Of a DNA stretch of 64,000 nucleotides, positions 55,081 to 63,293 are shown one piece after another. Positions within the stretch are counted from its first letter, which is position 1; each line of letters begins with the position of its first letter. The stretch lies in IMG/VR virus record IMGVR_UViG_3300025869_002060, positions 124,001-188,000 of that record. The stretch is one strand, 5' to 3'. The position numbers were made by a program, and so were the translations under genes. The notes beneath the pieces were generated by a model. It did not search any database and had not been told where the DNA came from. It saw nothing but the letters and a program-made list of their open reading frames with translations.

Positions 55081-56106
55081 ATGAGACTTACTCGTAAACT
55101 TACCGATGTCATTGAAGAAGTTCGTATTATATTACAAACAGACTTTGACATAACCACAGAAAAACTTAAAGCCTTAAGAGAACGTGTAGAAAAGAATGGT
55201 CACGATTATCCTATAGGAACAAACTTTATTCCGTTTAGTGAACAATGGCTTGACTATGAAGTTCAACGTGCCGCTATTCCTCAACATATTCTTAACATCA
55301 TGCGAAACTACGATCCACGACTTTGTGGGCCGGCTAGTGCATGTCAAATTGAAGGTCAAGATATAACAACCATATATGATGGACAACAAAGAAGTATTGC
55401 AACTGCCTTACTAGGATATCAAGCAGGACCTTGTAATGTTGTACGTACCGATGATGTTGCATTTCCAAGTTATGCATTTGAGATGTTAAACGAAACTGGA
55501 GTTAAACGATTAACACCAGGAGATCTTCATCGTAATGCTTTGACTCGTTACCGGTTAGGATCACGAGAAGAAAAGAATGTTCGTGCAAGGAGTTTACAAG
55601 ATCAATTTGATGATTGTGAAATTGACTTAGAAGATAAGAATACCCGAAAAGGAAATAATCGAGGTGAACACGATTACTTCTTTAGTCATTTCAATTATGC
55701 ATACAAGGCAATTGATCTTGACTCAACAGGCAATGTACTCTTTAATATATTAAACAGTATTAAAGATGTATTTCCGTTACAAGAAGAAATTGATCAAGGT
55801 GTTTTTATTGGACTATATGAGATTGCACGTCTTGATAAAAGACAAGAGCTACCTGAAGATTGGATGAATACAGTTCTTAGGTCTGCTAAAAAACTATTTC
55901 CTTCAAGTGCAATAGTTCACAGTAAAGGTAGAATGCAATGGGGACATATTAACCCTGGTGCTTCATGGAGTGCTCCAAGTGCAATGGCTAACTTTCTAAG
56001 AGAGATTTATTTGCTCAATGAAAGCGATTTAAACTTGCCTTATCACGGAGAAGGTGCTATAATGCAGGTTGCTACTAACCCTGAGCCTTCTTTAATTAGG
56101 AATTGA
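55081..56106 (+). CDS. ParB/Srx-fold protein (DGQQR; DUF262/DndB-like)
   Basis: DYEVQR...YDPRL...IYDGQQR. Confidence 0.6.
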   Translation: MRLTRKLTDVIEEVRIILQTDFDITTEKLKALRERVEKNGHDYPIGTNFIPFSEQWLDYEVQRAAIPQHILNIMRNYDPRLCGPASACQIEGQDITTIYDGQQRSIATALLGYQAGPCNVVRTDDVAFPSYAFEMLNETGVKRLTPGDLHRNALTRYRLGSREEKNVRARSLQDQFDDCEIDLEDKNTRKGNNRGEHDYFFSHFNYAYKAIDLDSTGNVLFNILNSIKDVFPLQEEIDQGVFIGLYEIARLDKRQELPEDWMNTVLRSAKKLFPSSAIVHSKGRMQWGHINPGASWSAPSAMANFLREIYLLNESDLNLPYHGEGAIMQVATNPEPSLIRN

Positions 56107-56107
56107 A

Positions 56108-56392
56108 ATGGAACCTAACCTTTACAAATTTACTAAGGTATTACCAAAAGCATACGATAAAGTATTGCGAGAGGCTGTATGGAGCGAAGACGAATCTGAG
56201 TTATACGATTTGTGTTATCATTATCATAACAAAGATTCAGAACGCGATGTACAAATGGCGGCTGAACGTTTATATGATCTAATGATGGATGTTGCTAGTG
56301 TACGTCAACTTGATATGAGTCTTAATGTAGTAGAAATACTTGAAGAAGTTCGTGAAGATCTAAGGAAGGAATATCCTCAAGATGGATCTTAA
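56108..56392 (+). CDS. Small acidic hypothetical protein
   Basis: 94 aa between the ParB-like and EHxVP genes. Confidence 0.7.
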   Translation: MEPNLYKFTKVLPKAYDKVLREAVWSEDESELYDLCYHYHNKDSERDVQMAAERLYDLMMDVASVRQLDMSLNVVEILEEVREDLRKEYPQDGS

Positions 56393-56939
56393 AGAAAGAA
56401 TAAGCAAGTTTAGGCAACCCAAGTTTGCTAATCGTAAACGTAATAAAGAGTCCTACGTAAACATTGCCAAGTATGCATATGCCAATTTAGATAGGTTGTG
56501 CAAGGAATATAATAGTACTGTAAACAATGAAGATACTGTTAAACTAATACGAACAGATGTCGATCAAGTACTACGAAGGTTTCACAAGTACTGTATTAAA
56601 GAACGTATTGGATCTCATTATATTGAAATAGGAGTAGACATCGATGATGCCGAATTTGAACATATGGTTCCTAATACCGTTACTTTGGATTTGCTTTTAC
56701 ACAATGTTATAACTGTGACAGATGCATGTAACATGCCAACTTGTACATTAAGCAAAGAACGACATAATTCTCTTAGAGAAAAAGGTTGGGGTAGCAAGAC
56801 ACCAGACATATACGAGTTTTGGAAACGTTACGAATATTGTTTTGAAGTTGATGGACAGTTTACAACGTGGGACGGAATTCCAGTTGATGTTAATCAGACT
56901 TTGCTAAAGCATCTTCAAACAGAGTCTTCATGGATTTAG
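56382..56939 (+). CDS. Hypothetical protein, possible His-Me (HNH-like) nuclease
   Basis: AEFEHMVP...PTCTLSKERH. Confidence 0.4.
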   Translation: MDLKERISKFRQPKFANRKRNKESYVNIAKYAYANLDRLCKEYNSTVNNEDTVKLIRTDVDQVLRRFHKYCIKERIGSHYIEIGVDIDDAEFEHMVPNTVTLDLLLHNVITVTDACNMPTCTLSKERHNSLREKGWGSKTPDIYEFWKRYEYCFEVDGQFTTWDGIPVDVNQTLLKHLQTESSWI

Positions 56940-57900
56940 TATCCTGCCAGTCAGTGTTCATCATAACGTCATAATTGTGATCTAATATCTGTTGAGGCAC
57001 TTCCGGGTCATGTGTCAGATTGTCTATTAGAGATGCTATACGATCTACCCGAGAATACAAATTGGTAATTTTATCATATCCTTCGTCAATGATTCCATCG
57101 AATGTTTTAAATCCAAGATAATGTAATACTTGTAAACTAAAAGGATTGCCAACAATAATAAATGGCATCTTGGCCATTATAGGTTTAGCAATTTTTTCAG
57201 TGAAAAATACAAACTCGCTTTGATAATTTGTTTCTGCAACAATACACCAATTGGTTTTCTTATAAACATCAATTGGAACCACCTGACTTAAACTAACCTG
57301 TTCGCCATCATATTCGATATTGTCAATTGTATAACTAACTGGCTGTGGTTTTCCTTCCCATATAAATTGCGAGTTATCAAGAACTGCTTCATCAATTGTA
57401 TGTTCTGATTGTATATATGTACTGAGTACCTGTTTATTCTTGTATATACATTTGTATATCAAGTCACGGTGCTGTTTTTTACGACCCAACAGGGCATTAA
57501 AGTGTACAAGATTATCACCTATAGGAGTTTTATTGTGCAGTTCTTCTAGTATATGGAGGCGTTTCTTGTAGAAGTGTGTCGTTGTAGCAAACCAATCCAT
57601 ATACGGGTATTGATTTGCTTTTATATTGTGTATGCGACCACTAAGATACACATGAGCCTTCTTGGGTAACGTGGATAACCAATCAACTGTAGGAGGATGT
57701 AGTTCAGTGCTGAACACTATAACATCTTTTGCTTTTTTAATTAACTTGTTGGCAGTTTCTACCCATGTAACGTCCCAAGGATAAGGTGTATGTAATAATA
57801 ACACCGCACCCTTAGGATCGTTAGTTTGTGTAAATGGAATGTTTGCTTTAGACAGAATATGATTAAAAAAGTAAAAATCTCGATCTAAGCAATATATCAT
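56890..57900 (-). CDS. Putative glycosyltransferase-like phage protein
   Basis: C-terminal IVAETNY...FFTEKIAKPI...PFIIVG...LGFKTFDGIIDEGYD, reminiscent of GT10-like TEK motifs. Confidence 0.5.
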   Translation of the reverse strand: MIYCLDRDFYFFNHILSKANIPFTQTNDPKGAVLLLHTPYPWDVTWVETANKLIKKAKDVIVFSTELHPPTVDWLSTLPKKAHVYLSGRIHNIKANQYPYMDWFATTTHFYKKRLHILEELHNKTPIGDNLVHFNALLGRKKQHRDLIYKCIYKNKQVLSTYIQSEHTIDEAVLDNSQFIWEGKPQPVSYTIDNIEYDGEQVSLSQVVPIDVYKKTNWCIVAETNYQSEFVFFTEKIAKPIMAKMPFIIVGNPFSLQVLHYLGFKTFDGIIDEGYDKITNLYSRVDRIASLIDNLTHDPEVPQQILDHNYDVMMNTDWQDTKSMKTLFEDALAKSD

Positions 57901-58163
57901 TTTTTAGTAAGTTTAAGAACTTGATCTACTAGGTCAGATTTCTTAAGTCTTCTGTCTAGTTCATGATCCCATTCTTTACGAGCTAGGTCTTCAAGTTGAA
58001 CTTTTGTAAGTTTGGTCAACGAAGCCTTTGTATGTTTAACTGCCTTCGAAGCTTTCTTTTCCATTAACGAAAATGAGCCTTCTGCACCAACTACTGTGGC
58101 AACTTCTTCGGCCTGCTTCTTTATCTTTGAAGGGCTAAACCAACTCATAATTGATTTAAACAT
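57897..58163 (-). CDS. Small basic protein with Rho-N/HeH-like C-terminus
   Basis: LTKLTKVQLEDLARKE...LDRRLKKSDLVDQV; TATAAATA at 58191-58198 (minus strand) upstream. Confidence 0.6.
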   Translation of the reverse strand: MFKSIMSWFSPSKIKKQAEEVATVVGAEGSFSLMEKKASKAVKHTKASLTKLTKVQLEDLARKEWDHELDRRLKKSDLVDQVLKLTKK

Positions 58164-58219
58164 GTTTAGTCTCCTTTAAGGTTACGATTGTATTTATAAG
58201 GTAGTTAGAGCTAATCGTA

Positions 58220-58247
58220 GAAAAAGGTGCCCTGGAGCACCTTTTTC
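58220..58247. terminator. Bidirectional-type intrinsic terminator
   Basis: GAAAAAGGTGC-CCTGGA-GCACCTTTTTC perfect 11-bp inverted repeat with A/T tracts, downstream of dctP. Confidence 0.85.
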
Positions 58248-58271
58248 AATTTTAAGATATTGAAACTTAAA

Positions 58272-59240
58272 TTAAGCTTCTTTAATCTTGTTAACTAGTC
58301 CGTCTGCGAACATATGATCTAGTGTGTCGTATACACTTTCAGTTTTTGCACGGAAGTCTTCCATGTCAGCTTGTGAAAGATAAACAACGTCAACATTGTC
58401 TGACTCAAGGCGTGCCTTGTTCTTTTCAATGTCTAGTAGAGCTTCGCGACGCTCTTCTAAAGCGGCTTCTTGTGCGGCTTCTAGGAAAGCTTCTTTTAGC
58501 TCTGCATCAAATGATGCCCAAAGATCCTTATTAATTAACACTGTGGTTAAGAATAAGCTATGCTCTGTATTAATAACAGCCTTTGCAGTTTTGCTTGGCT
58601 GAATTGTTTGCTCAGAACCATATAAACGTGGGTATGTGCTTTCGCCAGCTACGATACGACCATCTCCGATAGCCGCTCCGATTTCTTCAATTAGAAGATC
58701 GCCAACAACGTCACAACCTAAGACTTTGAAAGTTTCTTTGGAAACTTCAGAGCCGGTACGTACTTTTTCTCCAGCTAGTTCAGAAAGGTTTTCAATTTTC
58801 TTACTAGAAGGTAGTACGCGGAAACCACCGGAGTAGGTAAAGCATAATGGCTGAGCATTGGTTTTGGATGCAAAGCCGTCACGTAGATTGTCACCAATCT
58901 CGCCATCTAGTACGCGAGCAACATGATCGTGATCATTAAACAAGAAAGGCATGTCTAATGCTAGTAGATCTTTGTGGTACTGGCTACCTAGTGTAGTGGT
59001 ATAAAGCTGAGTCATTTCTAGCTGACCTTCTTCAAGGTGCTTCATTAACTCATAGCGATATTGTGTGTTAACTTGGTCAATATTATGATATTTCTTGGCA
59101 TACTCGTCGCATGATAGAATTTCAATATTAATTGCGCCATCTGTCTTTTCACTGATTACTCTAGCGAAACGATTAGCGGCACGAATGAATATCTCAATTG
59201 GTTCATGTGCTAGTACCCAACGAAGTGTTCTTTTTTCCAT
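58272..59240 (-). CDS. dctP: TRAP transporter solute-binding protein DctP-like, no signal peptide
   Basis: ALDMPFLFNDHDH, YSGGFR, LAGEKVR, GESTY, TEHSLF; GGGAG SD before ATG 59240. Confidence 0.8.
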   Translation of the reverse strand: MEKRTLRWVLAHEPIEIFIRAANRFARVISEKTDGAINIEILSCDEYAKKYHNIDQVNTQYRYELMKHLEEGQLEMTQLYTTTLGSQYHKDLLALDMPFLFNDHDHVARVLDGEIGDNLRDGFASKTNAQPLCFTYSGGFRVLPSSKKIENLSELAGEKVRTGSEVSKETFKVLGCDVVGDLLIEEIGAAIGDGRIVAGESTYPRLYGSEQTIQPSKTAKAVINTEHSLFLTTVLINKDLWASFDAELKEAFLEAAQEAALEERREALLDIEKNKARLESDNVDVVYLSQADMEDFRAKTESVYDTLDHMFADGLVNKIKEA

Positions 59241-59492
59241 TTTAAATATTCTCCCGGGAATGTTAAAGATAAGCAATGTAATAACTCGATTTGGTACCAT
59301 TGCTATTACTGTGCTTAGTAATATTATTTATGCTAGAAGCAGATTTAGATACTTTTTAACTAGTATATTAAAAGGCCTTGTAATGATGGGGATCTGCTCT
59401 TTCAACTACATTTATTTATGGATAAAATATCAAAAAAATGTAATTTTTTTAGGTTTTCAATGATTTCAATAGGTTAGCACCCCATAAAAAGG

Positions 59493-59521
59493 TTGACCTT
59501 TTGGGAAAGATGCCGTATACT
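59493..59521 (+). promoter_or_regulatory. Sigma70-type early promoter with AATAAGGAATTAGGAG leader (59530-59545)
   Basis: TTGACC-17 bp-TATACT. Confidence 0.8.
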
Positions 59522-59551
59522 GTATACATAATAAGGAATTAGGAGCAAGAC

Positions 59552-59896
59552 ATGAAATACCAAATTCACCAAGTGCAACTTACAGACGCTGAAGTAGATA
59601 AGATCAACGCCGAAGGGCACGATGCGGTAGAGCGTCATGCAATGAAGTTGAAGATGTCCTTTAGCGAAGATGCTGGTGGAATTGCTAGCCGCATGTATGG
59701 TCAGGGCTTTTATGATCACGTTGCTAACATTACTGCTGATAGCCTCGAGGGTGTGTTCCATACAGGTAACATGGGTCCTGAGGAGAACATCGAGCGTTTG
59801 GCGCAGATGAGCAGTGTTAGCGTTGGTGACTTAGTTATTGCTGAGAACGGTGATAAGCATGTAGTTGCTAGTTTTGGTTTTAAGGAGGTATTCTAA
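59552..59896 (+). CDS. YodL-like domain protein
   Basis: LEGVFHTGN...MSSVSVGDLVI...VVASFGF. Confidence 0.55.
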   Translation: MKYQIHQVQLTDAEVDKINAEGHDAVERHAMKLKMSFSEDAGGIASRMYGQGFYDHVANITADSLEGVFHTGNMGPEENIERLAQMSSVSVGDLVIAENGDKHVVASFGFKEVF

Positions 59897-59897
59897 A

Positions 59898-60071
59898 ATG
59901 ACTGTATACGAGCTGATTGATTTTCTTCAGGGTGCCAATCCCTTGGCCGAAGTATTCATTGAGACGTACTCATGCGGTGAAACGTTTCGTGAACCTCTAA
60001 CTGGCGAATGGTTGGAATTTCACGATATTGATGACAAACGAGCTGTTGTAATTGACGCGGCCATCAACTAA
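59898..60071 (+). CDS. Small hypothetical protein
   Basis: MTVYELIDFLQ...; AAGGAGG SD. Confidence 0.7.
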   Translation: MTVYELIDFLQGANPLAEVFIETYSCGETFREPLTGEWLEFHDIDDKRAVVIDAAIN

Positions 60072-60100
60072 CATCAACGAACACAAATAGAGGATTTGAC

Positions 60101-60256
60101 ATGTATTATTATAATGTTTATGCTGGCACCAAACATATTAATTTAGTTCGTGCAATTAGCGAACAAGATGCTATTAATCAGGTGTACATGAAGTTTGGTG
60201 GTGCTAGTAGATACACAGGATATAGTGCCGATAATTTTGTTGCAATCCGAGCATAA
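60101..60256 (+). CDS. Small hypothetical protein (51 aa)
   Basis: Read by eye: MYYYNVYAGTKHINLVRAISEQDAINQVYMKFGGASRYTGYSADNFVAIRA*; GAGGA SD. Confidence 0.65.
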   Translation: MYYYNVYAGTKHINLVRAISEQDAINQVYMKFGGASRYTGYSADNFVAIRA

Positions 60257-60261
60257 AAAGG

Positions 60262-60290
60262 TTGACCCTAAGGACCTTTTAGTGTTATAA
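60262..60290 (+). promoter_or_regulatory. Sigma70-type promoter
   Basis: TTGACC-17 bp-TATAAT. Confidence 0.8.
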
Positions 60291-60326
60291 TAAGTTATAG
60301 TTAAACAACTTGAGGTAATTATTAAA

Positions 60327-60575
60327 ATGTCTACATACACCACACAACAACAACTTTTTCTGTTCCTAGGCGAGATTACCATTAACCCTAACGTTCCTGC
60401 AAGTGTGCAAGAGGACGCCCTAGCGTTACAAGCAAAAATGGGAGATTATGCTAGTATGCAACTGCCTTACCACCCCAGCGAGGAGGAATTTGTAGCAGTT
60501 TATACTAACACAGCAAAAAAGCACCCCTGTGCTACTCTTAATCCCAAGCAATACATGTACACACACAAGGATTAA
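60327..60575 (+). CDS. Small hypothetical protein
   Basis: 82 aa; GAGG SD. Confidence 0.65.
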   Translation: MSTYTTQQQLFLFLGEITINPNVPASVQEDALALQAKMGDYASMQLPYHPSEEEFVAVYTNTAKKHPCATLNPKQYMYTHKD

Positions 60576-60622
60576 AATCCACTTGTTGACTAAATTAATT
60601 TGATATTTTGGCAAGAAAATGG

Positions 60623-60651
60623 TTGACATATTACATTTTATCGTGTACTAT
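60623..60651 (+). promoter_or_regulatory. Sigma70-type promoter
   Basis: TTGACA-17 bp-TACTAT. Confidence 0.75.
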
Positions 60652-60704
60652 GTATATATAAGCTAAAAAATTAGCTATTAACAGATAGAAAGGCCCGTGA
60701 CGCT

Positions 60705-61814
60705 ATGACTACTATTACTACTGAAAGAACTGTTACTGTACGAGACGCAAAGACTCGTTTACTTCGTTGCTTTAAAAAACAACGTCCTGTATTTTTATGG
60801 GGACCTCCGGGTGTTGGCAAATCTGAGGTTGTTAATGACCTTACTACCGAACTTGGTGGGTTTATGATTGATCTTCGTTTAGGTCAAATGGATCCTACAG
60901 ATATTCGAGGTATTCCATACTTCAACAAAGAACTTGGTGTAATGGATTGGGCACCGCCAATTGATCTTCCTACTGAAGAGATGGCCGCTGAGTACCCAAT
61001 GGTTACTTTGTTCTTAGACGAAATGAACAGTGCCGCACCGGCTGTACAAGCCGCTGGTTATCAGCTAATTCTTAACAGACGAATTGGCAAGTACAAATTG
61101 CCCGACAACGTTGTGATTGTTGCCGCAGGTAACCGTGAAAGTGATAAAGGTGTTACTTACAGAATGCCTAGCCCACTTGCTAATCGTTTTGTACACCTTG
61201 AAGTCCGTCCAGAATTTGAAAGCTGGTTGGAGTGGGCAGTAAACAAGAAGATCCACAAAGATGTGGTTGGTTACTTGTCTTTTGCTAAATCAGACTTGTT
61301 TGATTTTGATCCTAAGAGCCCAAGCAGAGCTTTTGCTACACCACGTACCTGGACTTTTATGTCAGATCTTCTTGAAGACGAAGATATTGGTGTTGACGAA
61401 CTTGCTGACTTAGCATCTGGTACTATTGGTGAAGGGCTCGCTATTAGGTTCATGGCTCACCGTAAGGTTGCTAAAGATATGCCTAACCCAGAAGATATTC
61501 TTTCTGGCAAGGTTAAAACAATGAAGGTTACTGAAGTTTCAGCAATGTATGCTTTGGTTACTGGAATGTGCTACGAACTGCAAGAGCAGTTTAAGAAGCC
61601 TGAGACCAAAACAGATATGACTGAGTGGCACAAAATGGCTGATAACTTCCTTCGCTTTATGATGGACAACTTCACTACTGAGTTGGTTGTTATGGGTGCA
61701 AAGGTTTCGTTGGCTACTTACAACCTTCCGTTAATTCCTGGAAAGCTCAAGAACTTTAACGAGTTCCACGAAAGTTATGGCAAGTACATAACGAATGCGA
61801 GTGCCAAAAACTAA
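60705..61814 (+). CDS. MoxR-like AAA+ ATPase
   Basis: GPPGVGKS, FLDEMNSA, AAGNRESD, PLANRF, TPRTW. Confidence 0.9.
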   Translation: MTTITTERTVTVRDAKTRLLRCFKKQRPVFLWGPPGVGKSEVVNDLTTELGGFMIDLRLGQMDPTDIRGIPYFNKELGVMDWAPPIDLPTEEMAAEYPMVTLFLDEMNSAAPAVQAAGYQLILNRRIGKYKLPDNVVIVAAGNRESDKGVTYRMPSPLANRFVHLEVRPEFESWLEWAVNKKIHKDVVGYLSFAKSDLFDFDPKSPSRAFATPRTWTFMSDLLEDEDIGVDELADLASGTIGEGLAIRFMAHRKVAKDMPNPEDILSGKVKTMKVTEVSAMYALVTGMCYELQEQFKKPETKTDMTEWHKMADNFLRFMMDNFTTELVVMGAKVSLATYNLPLIPGKLKNFNEFHESYGKYITNASAKN

Positions 61815-61832
61815 CTGAATCGCTGTCACGGG

Positions 61833-61878
61833 CGGTATGGGGGCAGGTTTTATCCGTAAGACCCCCACTTTATTACCG
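61833..61878 (+). terminator. GC-rich hairpin, probable terminator
   Basis: GGGGG-CA-GGTTTTA-TCCG-TAAGACC-CCC stem with UCCG tetraloop, followed by CTTTATT. Confidence 0.6.
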
Positions 61879-61898
61879 TTGATATCGACACTTTTTGG

Positions 61899-61927
61899 TT
61901 GACATTTGGTAAAAGATGTTATATAAT
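61899..61927 (+). promoter_or_regulatory. Consensus sigma70 promoter with AATTAGGAATTAGGAG leader (61937-61952)
   Basis: TTGACA-17 bp-TATAAT. Confidence 0.85.
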
Positions 61928-61958
61928 GTATATAACAATTAGGAATTAGGAGTTTTTT

Positions 61959-63230
61959 ATGTCTCAGGCAAGTTCAACATTAGCAGAAAAATCTAAAGAA
62001 AAAACTGTTACAGATCCTGTTGCAGATAATAAAGCCAGAGAGATGCTGATTACTGCTCGTGTTGGTTTGTTGCTTAAGGCACCATTCTTTGGTAACATTG
62101 CTACTAGAATGGATTTGATTAATGCAGACGATTGGTGCCCGACAGCGGCAACAGATGGCCGTCGTTTTTATTATAATTCCGCTTTTGTTAATTCACTTCC
62201 GTTGCGTCAGCTAGAGTTCTTAGTAGGACACGAAGTATTACATGCGGTATATGATCACTGTGGTAGACGTATTGACCGTGATCCTAAGATATGGAATATT
62301 GCCGCTGACTATTGTGTGAACTCAGATCTATTAGAACAAAAAGTTGGTGAACGTATTACTGTGGTGCCAATTTTGTTTGCTCACAAATACGTTGGTTGGG
62401 CATGTGAAGGTGTATATGATGACCTTATTGAAAACTCATCTGAAGAGCAACTAAGCGAATTACTTCAGCAGGTACTTGACGAACACCTTGATGGTGATGA
62501 TGGTATGGGTTCTGAAACTGATTCAAAGGATGGCAAAGGTCGTCCTACAATGTCAGATGCTGAACGTAGACAGATACGTGATGACATTAAAGAGGCTGTT
62601 CTTAATGCGGCTGAAACTGTAGATGCTGGTGATTTGCCTAGTGGTGTTAAACGACTTATTCAAAATATGACTAAGCCAGTTATCCGTTGGCAGGATCTCA
62701 TTGAGCAACAGATACAGAGTGTTATCCGCAATGATTTTTCATTCTCGAGAATCAGCCGTAAGGGTTGGCACAACGATGCAATTATGCCAGGTATGATTCC
62801 TGGAGAGCAGATTGATGTTTGTATTGCTTTTGATATGAGTGGGTCAATTGGAGTAGAAGATGCGAGTGCCTTCCTAAGTGAGGTACAAGGTATTATGGAA
62901 CAGTACACAGAATACAATATTCGTATTTGGAGTTTTGATACTGCCGTATACAATGAGCAGATGTTTACAAGCGACAATATGAGAGATATTACTGAATATG
63001 AGCCACAAGGTGGTGGTGGTACCGACTTTATGTGTAACTGGGAATATATGAAAGAACAAGGGATTGAACCCAAAAAATTCATTATGTTTACAGATGGTAT
63101 GCCATGGGATAGTTGGGGTGATGAACACTATTGTGATACAGTATTCATTATCAAAGGCAACGAAGATGTACAACCACCATTTGGTATTTGGGCTAGTTAC
63201 GAAAAAGAAGTTAGTAAACAAGCGGCATAA
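61959..63230 (+). CDS. DUF2201-like metallopeptidase plus vWA domain protein
   Basis: TAATDG, GHEVLH (HExxH), WNIAADY, AFDMSGS (MIDAS), GGGGTDF, MFTDG. Confidence 0.88.
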   Translation: MSQASSTLAEKSKEKTVTDPVADNKAREMLITARVGLLLKAPFFGNIATRMDLINADDWCPTAATDGRRFYYNSAFVNSLPLRQLEFLVGHEVLHAVYDHCGRRIDRDPKIWNIAADYCVNSDLLEQKVGERITVVPILFAHKYVGWACEGVYDDLIENSSEEQLSELLQQVLDEHLDGDDGMGSETDSKDGKGRPTMSDAERRQIRDDIKEAVLNAAETVDAGDLPSGVKRLIQNMTKPVIRWQDLIEQQIQSVIRNDFSFSRISRKGWHNDAIMPGMIPGEQIDVCIAFDMSGSIGVEDASAFLSEVQGIMEQYTEYNIRIWSFDTAVYNEQMFTSDNMRDITEYEPQGGGGTDFMCNWEYMKEQGIEPKKFIMFTDGMPWDSWGDEHYCDTVFIIKGNEDVQPPFGIWASYEKEVSKQAA

Positions 63231-63235
63231 AACGG

Positions 63236-63264
63236 TTGACTTTTCTTAAGAACTATCGTATACT
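63236..63264 (+). promoter_or_regulatory. Sigma70-type early promoter with AATAAGGAATTGGAG leader (63273-63287)
   Basis: TTGACT-17 bp-TATACT. Confidence 0.8.
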
Positions 63265-63293
63265 ACAAGTATAATAAGGAATTGGAGAAGCTC

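Noticed and set aside
59241-59300. Upstream start giving DctP a signal peptide
   Set aside because: MVPNRVITLLIFNIPGRIFK has a short hydrophobic stretch broken by Asn/Pro, no AxA cleavage site and no SD, whereas ATG 59240 has GGGAG
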